DNA of 64,000 nt from Alphaproteobacteria bacterium (GTDB lineage: Bacteria > Pseudomonadota > Alphaproteobacteria > SP197). Numbering within the stretch: the stretch's first letter is position 1; each line of letters starts with the position of its first letter. A program made the position numbers and the translations under genes. The notes below the pieces were generated by a model that had not been told where the DNA came from, ran no database searches, and saw nothing but the letters and a program-made list of their open reading frames with translations. Below are positions 1 to 10,094 of the stretch, one piece after another. The stretch spans positions 960,001-1,024,000 of the forward strand of contig OZ245842.1 in assembly GCA_965228895.1 (NCBI GenBank), in the 5' to 3' direction.

Positions 1-327
1 GCCATCGATTGGGACGGTGTTGCGCTGAACGTGCCGCGCCCGGACGGTCTTGCCGACGGGACGGAGGTCGAGTGTTTCGTCAAATGCGAGAAGATGCGTA
101 TCGTCCGCCCGGGCATGACACCGGTGCCGGAACCGGCGAACCGGCTGGGCGGCACGCTGCGCGATATCATCTTCAAGGGCACGACGGCCGACTATCTGGT
201 CGGATTGGAGAACGGAGCCGAGCTGATGGTGAGCGAGGCGTCGCAGGATATCGACATCGCCCGCGACAAGCCTGTCGAGGTGACGTGGCCGGTCGCCGAC
301 GGCGTTTGCTTCGCCAAGGAAGGCTGA
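1..327 (+). CDS. ABC transporter ATP-binding protein, PotA-like, C-terminal TOBE part (5' truncated by window)
   Basis: Frame is open from base 1 (AIDWDGVALNVPRP...). C-terminal pattern EKMRI...NRLGGTLRDIIFKGTTADYLV...VEVTW is typical of PotA TOBE domains. Lies directly before two permeases. Confidence 0.8.
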   Translation, partial: AIDWDGVALNVPRPDGLADGTEVECFVKCEKMRIVRPGMTPVPEPANRLGGTLRDIIFKGTTADYLVGLENGAELMVSEASQDIDIARDKPVEVTWPVADGVCFAKEG

Positions 328-332
328 GCACG

Positions 333-1223
333 ATGGCGACGGCGGCAGGCGGCATACGCAAGAGACTGGGGCCTGAAGGCCGCTTCCTTTTGATGGCGCT
401 GCCGGGCGCGCTCTTCATCATCTTCTTCCTGCTGCTGCCGATCCTCTCCATTTTTGTATTCAGTTTCTGGCGTACTGAAAGCTACACGCTGATCGCCGAC
501 TGGAACCTCGACAACTACGGTGTCCTGTTTGGCCAAACCACGTACATGACGTTCCTCTTCAGGACCTTCATCACGGCGGTTCTGGTGTCGCTGTTCTGCC
601 TCGTCTATGCGTGGCCGATCGCCTACTTCATCGCCAAACACGGCGACCGCTACAGGCTGTTGTTGATCCTAGCGCTGGCGGCGCCCTTCTTCACCGGCAT
701 CATTCTGCGCGTGACCGGTATCCAGAGCGTCATGGGACCGGTCGGCATCGTCAATCTGGCCTTGATGAACATTGGGCTTCAGCCCGTTGAGTTCATCATG
801 TTCACCCAGACGGCGGTTGGCATCGGCATCGTCTATCTCTTTATTCCGTTCATGGTGACGGCGATCTATCTGTCGCTTCTGAACTTTGATTTCGAGCTGC
901 TGGAAGTCGCGAAGATCAACGGCGCCAAGCCGTGGCGCGCCTTCATCGAAATCACTTGGCCGCTGAATTGGATCGGCACGGTGATCGGCCTGGTCCTGGT
1001 CTTCGTGCCGGCGATGGCGGAATCCATCACGTCGCGTTTTTTGGGCGGCCCCAATGCCGCCTCCTTCGGGCAGATCCTGGGATTGCAGTTCGGCGAGACC
1101 GGAACATGGGCGCTGGGGTCCGCGATGGGCGTCTTGCTGTTCGTTGTCTCCTCGGCCGTCCTCTTCGCCATGTGGCTGACGGTGAACCTGCAGCGCAGCG
1201 GCTTTACCGGCAAGGAGGGCTGA
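333..1223 (+). CDS. Polyamine-type ABC transporter permease (PotB-like)
   Basis: ATG at 333 (MATAAGG...). Multiple TM helices and EAA-loop variant LLEVAKINGAKPWRAFIEITWPL. Confidence 0.88.
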   Translation: MATAAGGIRKRLGPEGRFLLMALPGALFIIFFLLLPILSIFVFSFWRTESYTLIADWNLDNYGVLFGQTTYMTFLFRTFITAVLVSLFCLVYAWPIAYFIAKHGDRYRLLLILALAAPFFTGIILRVTGIQSVMGPVGIVNLALMNIGLQPVEFIMFTQTAVGIGIVYLFIPFMVTAIYLSLLNFDFELLEVAKINGAKPWRAFIEITWPLNWIGTVIGLVLVFVPAMAESITSRFLGGPNAASFGQILGLQFGETGTWALGSAMGVLLFVVSSAVLFAMWLTVNLQRSGFTGKEG

Positions 1224-1224
1224 G

Positions 1225-2043
1225 GTGATGAGAAGCCAGGCCGCCGGGCGGATCATGTTCAAAGGCAGTGCGGGGCTGTTGCTGGCGAGTCTTTATGCCT
1301 TTCTCTACGCGCCGATCCTCTATGTCATCTACACGTCCTTCAACAAGGACCTGATCTGGCCGTTCCCGCCGCAGTGGACGTTCAGCGCTTATACCGGGCT
1401 CGCCAAGGAAAGCACCTATCACGAGGCGTTGTGGAACAGCCTGCTTCTGGGCGTCGGCAGCGCCGTCATGTGCACGGTGCTGGCGACCATGGGCAGCATC
1501 AGCATCCTGAAGTACCGTTCGCGCTGGCGTGGCCTGATCGCGATCGCCTATCTGGCGCCCTTGTTCATCGCCGACCTGCTGGTCGGCATCTCGAGCCTGC
1601 TGTTCAACCGTCAGGTCCTGGACCTGCCCGGCAACATGGTCTCGGCGATGATCGCCAACGCGGTCCACGGCACGTCTTTCGCCTTCTTGATTATGCTCGC
1701 CCAACTGGCGCGTTATGACTGGAGGCTCGACGATGCCGCCATGGTGTTCGGCGCCAAACCGATCCGTTGTTTCTGGGAGGTCACGCTGCCGATCATCTGG
1801 CCGGCCATGCTGGGCGCCTTCATCATCAGCTTCATTCTGGCGTTCAACAATCTTGAGATTTCGTTCTACAACCTCGGCGCCATTCCGACATTGCCGACGC
1901 TGGCCTGGGGTTCGCTTCGTTTCGGCCTGGACGCCGAGCTCTATGCGCTGGCCGCGCTGGTCAACGGCGTCGTGCTGCTTGTCTTCACGGTGATGTATCT
2001 CTTGATGCGTTACCGCATCGTGAGCTTTGGCCATCGGGACTAG
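1225..2043 (+). CDS. Polyamine-type ABC transporter permease (PotC-like)
   Basis: FLYAPILYVIYTSFN start motif and EAA loop LDDAAMVFGAKPIRCFWEVTLP. Confidence 0.88.
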   Translation: MMRSQAAGRIMFKGSAGLLLASLYAFLYAPILYVIYTSFNKDLIWPFPPQWTFSAYTGLAKESTYHEALWNSLLLGVGSAVMCTVLATMGSISILKYRSRWRGLIAIAYLAPLFIADLLVGISSLLFNRQVLDLPGNMVSAMIANAVHGTSFAFLIMLAQLARYDWRLDDAAMVFGAKPIRCFWEVTLPIIWPAMLGAFIISFILAFNNLEISFYNLGAIPTLPTLAWGSLRFGLDAELYALAALVNGVVLLVFTVMYLLMRYRIVSFGHRD

Positions 2044-2124
2044 CTTGATGGCTCGCGCCACATGTAACCATCGATTGGCCGCCGCGCGCACATGCCGCTG
2101 TTATTGTTTGCGAGGAGAGTGGGT

Positions 2125-2874
2125 ATGAGTTTCAAAGGCAAGGTCGCGTTGGTGGCAGGCGCAGGCGGCGGCATGGGTCTGGCGACCGCCAGCGACCTGA
2201 TCCGCGAAGGCGCTCACGTCACCATGGTCGACCTCAAGGACGAACCCAACGACGTGCCGAGTGGGCCGGGCACGGCGCTTTTCCTTCAAGGCGATGTCAC
2301 GGACGAAGCGTTCGTCAAACAAGCCATCGACAAGACGATCGAGGCCCACGGCAAGCTGGATCATCTGGTCAACACCACCGGCGTCCTGTGGTTCGACCGT
2401 GACAAGTCCTGCACCCAGATGGACATGGATGTCTGGGACCGTGTCATGGCCATCAACCTTAAGTCGTTCGCGCTGACCGTGCGGCACGCGATCCCGGCCA
2501 TGAAAAGCAATGGCGGTGGTTCGATGGTCCACTTCGCCTCAACCGATGCGCTGCGTGGCGATAGCCAACCCCAGGACGCCTATGGCTGTTCCAAGGCGGC
2601 GGTCGTCAGGCTGTCGAAATCAATCGCGGTGCAGTTCGCCCGAGACGGCATCCGCTCCAACACGATCCTACCCGGCCCGGTTCACACGCCCATGCAGGCC
2701 CGTTGGGACGATAAGCCGGACGTGCAGGCCGCCGTCGCCGACTATGTACCGTTGGGGCGCATCGGCACGGCCCAGGACATGGCGAATGCCTGCCTCTTCC
2801 TGCTCTCCGACCGCGCCTCGTTCGTGACGGGAACCGAACTCATCGTCGACGGCGGGATCACGGCAACGCCCTGA
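2125..2874 (+). CDS. SDR family oxidoreductase
   Basis: GAGGGMG Rossmann motif, YGCSK catalytic motif, VTGTELIVDGG C-terminus. RBS GAGGAG before ATG 2125. Confidence 0.9.
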   Translation: MSFKGKVALVAGAGGGMGLATASDLIREGAHVTMVDLKDEPNDVPSGPGTALFLQGDVTDEAFVKQAIDKTIEAHGKLDHLVNTTGVLWFDRDKSCTQMDMDVWDRVMAINLKSFALTVRHAIPAMKSNGGGSMVHFASTDALRGDSQPQDAYGCSKAAVVRLSKSIAVQFARDGIRSNTILPGPVHTPMQARWDDKPDVQAAVADYVPLGRIGTAQDMANACLFLLSDRASFVTGTELIVDGGITATP

Positions 2875-2958
2875 CCGACCGTCTGGCCGCCTGTTGTGCA
2901 TTGACCATCCGACCCGGTCGCCCTAACGATTCCATTCGGCCAACCCGGGAGGGCGATC

Positions 2959-3825
2959 ATGAAAACCACGCCGTTGCACGACAGGTTTGGGGTCGAGATC
3001 CACGACATCGACCTGAACGACATCACCGCCGAAGCCGGATATCCGAAAATCCGCGACGCCTTCGAAACCCATTCCCTCCTGCTGTTTCGCGATCAGAGCC
3101 TGGGCGACGATGCCCATCTGGCCTTCGGAGCCCTGTTCGGCCCTATCGAGAACCGCTCCAAAGGCGAGATCGTCGAACCGCGCATGTCGACCGTCACCAA
3201 TGTGCGCGGGGACGACACGGTCGCGGCAGAGCACGACAAACAGGTCCTGAATCTGAAGGCGAACCAGTTGTGGCATACCGACAGCACCTTTCTGCCGGTA
3301 CCGGCGCTCGCCAACATCATCGCGGCCCGTGTGGTGCCGTCAACGGGTGGTGAGACCGAACTGGTCTCGACGCGCGCCGCGTGGCGTGACATGCCTGAAG
3401 CGCTGAAGACGCGTGCGCGCGATAAGGTCTTGCACCATCGCTATGCCCATTCGCGCGCCAAGGTGTCGGCGGACCTGGCGGACGAGGAACTCTTCACGAT
3501 GTGGGAGGACCAGGCATGGCGCGCTCTGTGGCGCAATCCGGTGAACGGCGAGGACGCCGTCTATATCGCGTCCCACGCCTTCGCGGTACAAGGGCTGGAC
3601 AATGCCGAGGGCGAGGCGTTGATCGCCGAGCTGATCGCGTGGTGTACCCAGGACACCTATGTCTACAGCCACCGCTGGCAGTCTGGCGACGTCCTCGTAT
3701 GGGATGAGCGTGCGACGCTTCATCGCGGCATGCCGTGGCCCTATGAGGAACCGCGCACATTGGCGAGCATCTGCATTTCGGCGCGCGATGTGGACGGTCT
3801 TGATCGAATGCGGTCGGCCGCCTGA
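2959..3825 (+). CDS. TauD/TfdA family Fe(II)/2-oxoglutarate dioxygenase
   Basis: WHTDSTF (HxD), GGETEL, and HRWQSGDVLVWDERATLHR with the distal His and Arg. Confidence 0.92.
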   Translation: MKTTPLHDRFGVEIHDIDLNDITAEAGYPKIRDAFETHSLLLFRDQSLGDDAHLAFGALFGPIENRSKGEIVEPRMSTVTNVRGDDTVAAEHDKQVLNLKANQLWHTDSTFLPVPALANIIAARVVPSTGGETELVSTRAAWRDMPEALKTRARDKVLHHRYAHSRAKVSADLADEELFTMWEDQAWRALWRNPVNGEDAVYIASHAFAVQGLDNAEGEALIAELIAWCTQDTYVYSHRWQSGDVLVWDERATLHRGMPWPYEEPRTLASICISARDVDGLDRMRSAA

Positions 3826-3896
3826 CGTCTCCGTGTCGTGACAAGACCTCAGGGCCACGCCATCATACGTGCCCTATAAGACGCAGTGGGTAGGTG

Positions 3897-4895
3897 ATGA
3901 AGACACCCATTCTGGTGACGGGCGCAGGCGGTCAGATCGGATCGGAACTGGTGCCGGCGCTTCGCGAACGTTATGGCCGGCGCGAGGTCATTGCATCGGA
4001 CGTCCGGGTGCCCACCGGCGGCGCGCAGCTGGATGGGCCTTTCGAACGGCTTGATGCCACCAAGCGCCGCCAGATCGCAGAAGTCTGCGGCGACTACAGC
4101 ATCGGCACGATCTATCACATGGCCGCCTTGTTATCGGCGGTCGCTGAAGAACGGCCGCAGACCGCCTGGGAAGTCAATATGGGCAGTCTCTACCGGATCC
4201 TGGAGGTGGCGCGGCGTTACGAGACCGCCGTCTTTTTCCCCAGCTCGATCGGTGCGTTCGGGCCGACGACGCCGCGTGACGACACGCCGCAGGACACGGT
4301 TCAGCGGCCGACGACCATGTATGGCGTGACCAAGGTCTCCGGCGAAATGCTGTGCGACTACTACGCCAACCGGTTCGGCATGGATGTCCGTGGTGTCCGG
4401 CTGCCGGGGCTGATTTCCAACGTCGCGCCGCCCGGCGGCGGCACAACGGACTACGCTGTCGATATCTTCTATCAGGCCGTCCGCTACCGGCATTACACCT
4501 GCTATCTGAGAGACGACACGCGGGTCGACATGATGTACATGCCCGACGCCATCGATGCGATGGTCGGCGTGATGGAGGCCGACCCCGCCCGGCTTACACA
4601 CCGCAACGCGTTCAATGTGACGGCGTTTAATGTGACGCCAGCCGAGTTGGCCGAGGCGATTCGCCGTCACATGCCGACCTTCGCAATCGATTATGATGTC
4701 GATCCGGTTCGCCAGGCGATCGCGGATTCGTGGCCCCGTTCGATCGATGACAGCGCCGCGCGGGACGAGTGGGATTGGTCACCGCGCTATGACCTCGATG
4801 CGATGACCGCCGATATGCTGTCGTGCCTCTCCGAACGCCTGGCCTCCGCCGTTCAAGACGACCGCGCCGCCGAAGGAGGTGACCATGCCCTTTGA
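3897..4895 (+). CDS. tdh: L-threonine 3-dehydrogenase (SDR/GalE-like type)
   Basis: ILVTGAGGQIGSEL, PSSIGAFG, YGVTK, PGGGTTDYAVDIF and RQAIADSWP signatures. Overlaps kbl. Confidence 0.9.
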   Translation: MKTPILVTGAGGQIGSELVPALRERYGRREVIASDVRVPTGGAQLDGPFERLDATKRRQIAEVCGDYSIGTIYHMAALLSAVAEERPQTAWEVNMGSLYRILEVARRYETAVFFPSSIGAFGPTTPRDDTPQDTVQRPTTMYGVTKVSGEMLCDYYANRFGMDVRGVRLPGLISNVAPPGGGTTDYAVDIFYQAVRYRHYTCYLRDDTRVDMMYMPDAIDAMVGVMEADPARLTHRNAFNVTAFNVTPAELAEAIRRHMPTFAIDYDVDPVRQAIADSWPRSIDDSAARDEWDWSPRYDLDAMTADMLSCLSERLASAVQDDRAAEGGDHAL

Positions 4896-6111
4896 CCGTC
4901 TCGAACAGGCCTTGCGAGCGGCCCTGGAGCGGCTCGACGAAACCGGCTCGCGCAAGGGTGATGAACGGGTCGTCACCGGCGTTGTTCCAGCCGAAGGCGA
5001 CAGGGGACCCCGGTTCCTCCTGGACGGCGAGGGCGAGCGTCCGTTCATCCGCATGAACGCGAACAGTTATCTCGGCATGTCGCTCAACAGCGATGTCCAG
5101 GCTGCGGGCGAAGACGCGGTGCACCGGCTGGGCAGCGGCCCGGGCGCGGTACGCTTCATCAGCGGCACCTGGAAGCCGCACGTTATGCTGGAGCAGCGCT
5201 TAGCGGCGTTCCACGGGCGCGAGGCGTCGATGATCTTCAGTTCGGCTTACGCCACCATCATGGGCGTGTTGCCGCCGCTGATCACCGACGAGACAGCCGT
5301 CATCAGCGACGAGCTCAACCACAACTGCATCATCAATGCGATGCGGCTGGCCCGCCCGGCGGAAAAGCACATCTACGATCATCTGAATTTCGCCACGCTC
5401 GAAACCTGTCTTGAAAAGGCGGCGAAGACCTGCCGCCGGGCGATCGTTGTGACCGATGGTGTCTTCAGCATGCGCGGCGACCACGCGCAGCTCGATCAGA
5501 TCGTCGCGCTGGCCCGACGGTTCGACGACAACTTTGCCGAAAATGTCGTGGTGATCGTCGATGACTCCCATGGCGTCGGCGCGCTGGGTGAAACCGGACG
5601 CGGCACCGAGGAGATCACCGGCACACCCCCGGTCGACCTTCTTGTCGCCACTCTGGGCAAGGCAATCGGCGTCAACGGCGGCTATGTGGTCGCGAGCCAG
5701 GTGTTGATCGATTATCTGCGTGAGACCTCGCCATTCTATATCTACTCCAACCCGATCACGCCGGGCGAAGCAGCGGCGGCGCTGACGTCGGTCGACCTGC
5801 TCGATGGCCAGTACGGCCGCGCCCTTCTGGTCCATCTGCGCGCCATGACCCAGCGCTTCCGTGACGGCTTGGCGCGACTGGGTCTGGAGACCATACCGGG
5901 CGAACACCCGATCGTGCCGTTGATGGTGAGAGATACCGAACGCACCGCCGCCTTGACGCGCGGTCTCTTCGAACGCGGTATCCTGGCAACCGCAATCAAC
6001 TATCCCGTCGTGCCGCGCGGCGAAGACGAAATCCGCTTCCAGATCGCCGCCGATCATACGCCAGGCGATATCGACACGGTTGTGGCCGCGCTTGAAGAAC
6101 TCAAGGCCTAA
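4885..6111 (+). CDS. kbl: 2-amino-3-ketobutyrate CoA ligase (glycine C-acetyltransferase), PLP class II
   Basis: NANSYLG, GPGAVRFISGT, SDELNHNCII, DDSHG and TLGKA (PLP Lys). Adjacent to tdh. Confidence 0.85.
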   Translation: MPFDRLEQALRAALERLDETGSRKGDERVVTGVVPAEGDRGPRFLLDGEGERPFIRMNANSYLGMSLNSDVQAAGEDAVHRLGSGPGAVRFISGTWKPHVMLEQRLAAFHGREASMIFSSAYATIMGVLPPLITDETAVISDELNHNCIINAMRLARPAEKHIYDHLNFATLETCLEKAAKTCRRAIVVTDGVFSMRGDHAQLDQIVALARRFDDNFAENVVVIVDDSHGVGALGETGRGTEEITGTPPVDLLVATLGKAIGVNGGYVVASQVLIDYLRETSPFYIYSNPITPGEAAAALTSVDLLDGQYGRALLVHLRAMTQRFRDGLARLGLETIPGEHPIVPLMVRDTERTAALTRGLFERGILATAINYPVVPRGEDEIRFQIAADHTPGDIDTVVAALEELKA

Positions 6112-6779
6112 GCGGCAACGGCCTCCAGGGCCGCTTCAAGCTGGGCAACGATGCCCTTTTTGCCGGGCGCGAAGCTCTCATCGAACAGCGCCGTCCCGAT
6201 GGTCATACCGTCGACACCGAGTTCGGCCATCAGCCGCGTCTGTTCGGGCCCCTTAATGCTGCCGGCGACGATCAGACCGCCGGGATGAAGCGCCGTGCGC
6301 GCCGCGCGCACCAGATCGACGGGGTCGGCATCGGTTGCGCGGTAGGCCAGCAGGTCGACGCCGGCCGCACCCTGCGCCATGAAGGCGCGGCAATGCGCCG
6401 CAATGTCGTCGGGGGTGCCGCCCAGGTCGGTGGGATGACCCGCAGGGAACCCGGCAAACGGATAATACGCGATAGCGGTTCCGTCGATGACCGCGTTGAT
6501 GGCCTTGATGTCGGTCCCGCCGAGCAACCGGTCGATACCCAGATCAACGGCGGTCCGGGCCGATGACAGGCAGTCTTCCGGGGTCTCGCTGACGACTTCG
6601 AAGTAGCTGGTTGCGCCGGCGGCGCGAATCCGTTCGGCAAGCGCGTGCATCGTTTCCTTGGGCACGCCGACATCCTTGAATCCGATATGGCGAACGTCCA
6701 ACGAAGCGATGGCATCAAGGACGTCCAAACAATCGGGCACAGTCTTGTCATCGCGCGTCAGCATAAAAATCAGATCCAC
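6108..6779 (-). CDS. Uncharacterised phosphate-binding TIM-barrel protein
   Basis: Probable GTG at 6779 with GGAGG RBS. FMLT, HIGFKDVG, GVDLLAYR, IVAGSI and TIGTALF give a (beta/alpha)8 pattern with a C-terminal phosphate site. Confidence 0.7.
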   Translation of the reverse strand: MDLIFMLTRDDKTVPDCLDVLDAIASLDVRHIGFKDVGVPKETMHALAERIRAAGATSYFEVVSETPEDCLSSARTAVDLGIDRLLGGTDIKAINAVIDGTAIAYYPFAGFPAGHPTDLGGTPDDIAAHCRAFMAQGAAGVDLLAYRATDADPVDLVRAARTALHPGGLIVAGSIKGPEQTRLMAELGVDGMTIGTALFDESFAPGKKGIVAQLEAALEAVAA

Positions 6780-6911
6780 GGGCTGCCCCTCCGTTCCGGG
6801 CGTTCGGTTCTGTAACATCAGTCTAAAAGCGGCCGGGAGAGCCGTCATCGTCCTTTTTCGATTTCGAAAATTCGCTATACTTTGTATTCCTCAACGCGAC
6901 CAACACGGCCC

Positions 6912-7934
6912 ATGTCCAAGTCTGACCTTCCCATTGCCGTCACCATGGGCGATCCTGCCGGAATCGGACCGGAGATCATCGCCAAGGTGTTCGCCGAACC
7001 CGACTTCACCTTGCCCGCAATGGTCTATGGCGATGCCGGCGTTATGCGGCGCGTGGTCGATCGTCTTGCCATTCCCGTGGAGGTTCGCGAAATCGCAGCA
7101 CCGGGCGACGCGGAACCGCGGGCCGGATGCGTCGATGTCATCGCCGTTTCGGATCTGGGCGATGACCTTGCTGTCGGCAAGGTCGATGCGCGCGCAGGCG
7201 AGGCCGCCTATCGCTATGTGACCGAGGCGATCACGGCAGCGATGAAGGGTGATGTACGCGCCATCGCGACCGCGCCCATCAACAAGGAGTCGCTTCAGCT
7301 CGCCGGCGTGCCCTATCCCGGTCATACGGAAATGCTGGCAGACCATTCGGGGACCAACGACTACGCGATGATGCTGTTCAACAACGAACTCCGCGTCATC
7401 CTTGTTACCATCCACGTGTCGCTGCGCGATGCCATCGACATGCTGACCGTCGAAAAGGAGCTCACGATCATCCGTCTGGCCCATCGGGCGGCGCGTGATC
7501 TGGGTGTCGCGAAGCCGCGCGTCGCCGTCGCCGGGCTGAACCCGCATGCCGGCGAGAGCGGCCAGTTCGGTTCGGAAGATGACGCCATCATTGCGCCGGC
7601 GGTTCAAATGGCCCGCGATGAAGGCATCGACTGCTCGGGACCATGGCCGGGCGATACGGTCTTCATGCAGGCGCGCCAGGGCCGTTTCGATATCGTTGTC
7701 GCCCAGTATCATGATCAGGGGTTGATCCCGGTGAAGTATCTGGGCATCGACGAGGGCGTCAACGTGACGGTCGGTTTACCTTTTGTACGGGCGAGCGTTG
7801 ACCATGGGACCGCCTTTGACATTGCGGGAACCGGCCAAGCCGACCACCGCAGCATGCGCGTCGCGATCGAGCAGGCCGCCCAGATGGCCGGTTCTCGGAC
7901 GCCGATATCAGGCGGCTCGTCTGAGACTGCTTAA
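6912..7934 (+). CDS. pdxA: PdxA family dehydrogenase (PdxA2-like, 4-phospho-tetronate / 4-hydroxythreonine-4-phosphate dehydrogenase)
   Basis: TMGDPAGIGPE, APINKE, GHTE, GLNPHAGE, YHDQGLIPVK and SVDHGTAFDIAG motifs. Confidence 0.92.
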   Translation: MSKSDLPIAVTMGDPAGIGPEIIAKVFAEPDFTLPAMVYGDAGVMRRVVDRLAIPVEVREIAAPGDAEPRAGCVDVIAVSDLGDDLAVGKVDARAGEAAYRYVTEAITAAMKGDVRAIATAPINKESLQLAGVPYPGHTEMLADHSGTNDYAMMLFNNELRVILVTIHVSLRDAIDMLTVEKELTIIRLAHRAARDLGVAKPRVAVAGLNPHAGESGQFGSEDDAIIAPAVQMARDEGIDCSGPWPGDTVFMQARQGRFDIVVAQYHDQGLIPVKYLGIDEGVNVTVGLPFVRASVDHGTAFDIAGTGQADHRSMRVAIEQAAQMAGSRTPISGGSSETA

Positions 7935-8103
7935 GGCTCACAGCCGGTTTTTGGCGGTTTCAACTGCTTTGACGTTAGAAAATCTAAAGAGACGGTGAGG
8001 TATCGTCGTTTGTCGTCGCTGATCTGTGGCCCATCTCCAAGGAAGCCGCATTCATCCCGGTCGCGTGTTGAGGCGATTGTCGGGAGCTACCACGGAGAGA
8101 GAC

Positions 8104-8970
8104 ATGAGCCTGGCCCAGGTCAGCCCGATTTCCCACTTTGATCATCAACTTCGTCCCGCGAAGACGGTGGTGACGAACAGGACCGTCGAAGGCGAGCTCG
8201 TTTTTCTCGACGCCAACAGTCCTGAGCCGATTAGCGTCTATCGTGAGCGGAGCCAGGTTCCGGAGCGTACGGGAACCTATCAAAACGTGCGCCTGCCGAT
8301 CCGCGACATGCGCGCGATCGATCCGACCCTGGATGTCGAAGGTTTCGCCCTTCGCGAGGTGGCGACGGCTGTGACCGATTTCCTGGACGATGACCAGATC
8401 CGCAACGTCTATGACAACGAAATCGAAAGCCTGATCAAGGCGGAGACAGGCGCGACCAAGGTCGTGATCTTCGATCATACCGTTCGCATCGAACGCAAAG
8501 ACGATGAAGAGATCGAACAACGCGGGCCGGTCAAGCTGGTACACAACGACTACACCGAAAAGTCCGGGCCCCAGCGCGTGCGCGATCTTTTGCCGCACGC
8601 CGAAGCCGAGGCTTGGCTCGCCGGCCGCTTTGCGCAGATTAACGTGTGGCGGCCGTTGCGCGGACCCGTCCGGTCCAAGCCACTCGCCCTTGCCGACGCA
8701 CAATCCGTCCTGCCCAGCGATCTCGTCGCCGTCGATCTCGTCTATCCCGACCGGGTCGGCGAGATCTATCACGCCACCTATAGCCCTGGGCAACGCTGGT
8801 TCTACGCGCCCGACATGACCGCCGACGAGGTTCTGCTGATCAAGGGGTACGATTCGGCCAAAGACGGGCGCGCCCGCTTCTCGCCGCATACGGCCTTCGA
8901 TTTGGCCGATCGCGATGCGCCGCCAAGGGAAAGCATCGAGGTCCGCGCGATCGTGTCGTTTGCAACCTAG
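8104..8970 (+). CDS. CmcJ/NvfI/AsaB-family Fe(II)/2OG-type oxidoreductase
   Basis: FDHTVR, VHNDYT, INVWRPL, PLALAD, MTADEVLLIK, PHTAF and PRESIEVR motifs. RBS GGAGAGAG before ATG 8104. Confidence 0.85.
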   Translation: MSLAQVSPISHFDHQLRPAKTVVTNRTVEGELVFLDANSPEPISVYRERSQVPERTGTYQNVRLPIRDMRAIDPTLDVEGFALREVATAVTDFLDDDQIRNVYDNEIESLIKAETGATKVVIFDHTVRIERKDDEEIEQRGPVKLVHNDYTEKSGPQRVRDLLPHAEAEAWLAGRFAQINVWRPLRGPVRSKPLALADAQSVLPSDLVAVDLVYPDRVGEIYHATYSPGQRWFYAPDMTADEVLLIKGYDSAKDGRARFSPHTAFDLADRDAPPRESIEVRAIVSFAT

Positions 8971-9105
8971 AGCGTCGATGCATAGACAGCGGACGTCCGC
9001 CGATGCGATTGATGAAGCGCGACTCTAGGGAGATGGACGCCGTCAGCATCGTCGTCGATCTCTTTAGAGCCGCCCCGACTTGAGGAACTCAGACAGCACA
9101 CGCGA

Positions 9106-10014
9106 TCATGTGTCGGTGGTTGAGGCTTGCTTGATAAGGTTCCTCAACCACTTGTGTCGTGGTGATCTCGCGTTACGACGATGCCAGATCTGAGAGATCG
9201 TAAAGGGGGCCAGAGGCAGCGGCGGTTCAATACTGCCGAATCCACGAAACGACGCGTGTTGCAGCAGCGATGGCAACGTCGCGATGGTGTTCGTGCCCCT
9301 TATCATTTCAGCGAGGGCGCCGAAGCTGGGCGCCGCAAGGACAATATTCCGGGACCGCCGAAACTCTGCCAAGCCAGCGTCTATCTCCGTTTGGCGAACG
9401 TCTCCGTTGACAACGATGGCGTGCGGTGCGGCGCAGTACTGATCCAGGGTAACGGGTGCCTCGCGGGCCGTTTCGTCAAAAAAGCAGAGATCATGGTCGT
9501 CCAAAAGGATGTTCTGGAACAAATCGGATTCATTGCTATCAAGCGTTGGCGCTAACGCCAAGTCGACAGCATCGTCACGCAGCAATTGCGTCACATCTGA
9601 TTGGGACGCCGGTCGAACGATGTTTAGAGTCAGGCCGGGCGCCTTATGCCGCAATTCAAGGAACAGAGGAGAGAGCGCAGCAGCGACCTCGTAGTCGCTT
9701 GCGGCAATAGTGAACGAAGCATCATCGGTTTGCGGATCGTACTCAATGGGATCCGTGAACCTCTTCATCTCGGCAAGAAGGCTTCTTGCTTGATCGGCGA
9801 TCACATGCGCGCGTTCGGTCGGCGCAATGCCGCGTCCGGAACGCACAAAGAGCTCGTCACCCACAATCTTGCGTAGCCGCGTCAAGCTATGACTGATGGT
9901 CGATTGGTTGACAGCGAGACGGCGCGCGGCCTCGGACACTGATTCTGAATCGTAGACGCTCAGAAAAATTTGAAGCAGACGGCCGTCCAGGGCCGAATAA
10001 TCAGTTTCGCTCAT
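9106..10014 (-). CDS. LysR family transcriptional regulator (NodD/NahR/LeuO-like)
   Basis: N-terminal HTH SVSEAARRLAVNQSTISHSLTRLR...LFVRSGRGIAPT and C-terminal WH...SPRHKWLR. Confidence 0.93.
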   Translation of the reverse strand: MSETDYSALDGRLLQIFLSVYDSESVSEAARRLAVNQSTISHSLTRLRKIVGDELFVRSGRGIAPTERAHVIADQARSLLAEMKRFTDPIEYDPQTDDASFTIAASDYEVAAALSPLFLELRHKAPGLTLNIVRPASQSDVTQLLRDDAVDLALAPTLDSNESDLFQNILLDDHDLCFFDETAREAPVTLDQYCAAPHAIVVNGDVRQTEIDAGLAEFRRSRNIVLAAPSFGALAEMIRGTNTIATLPSLLQHASFRGFGSIEPPLPLAPFTISQIWHRRNARSPRHKWLRNLIKQASTTDT

Positions 10015-10094
10015 AGGTACTATGTATGCTGTGCCATTGATTGGGACTCCATAATTTTCCACGCTCCGAACTCGGTAAGTAAGGAAGTTATGAA

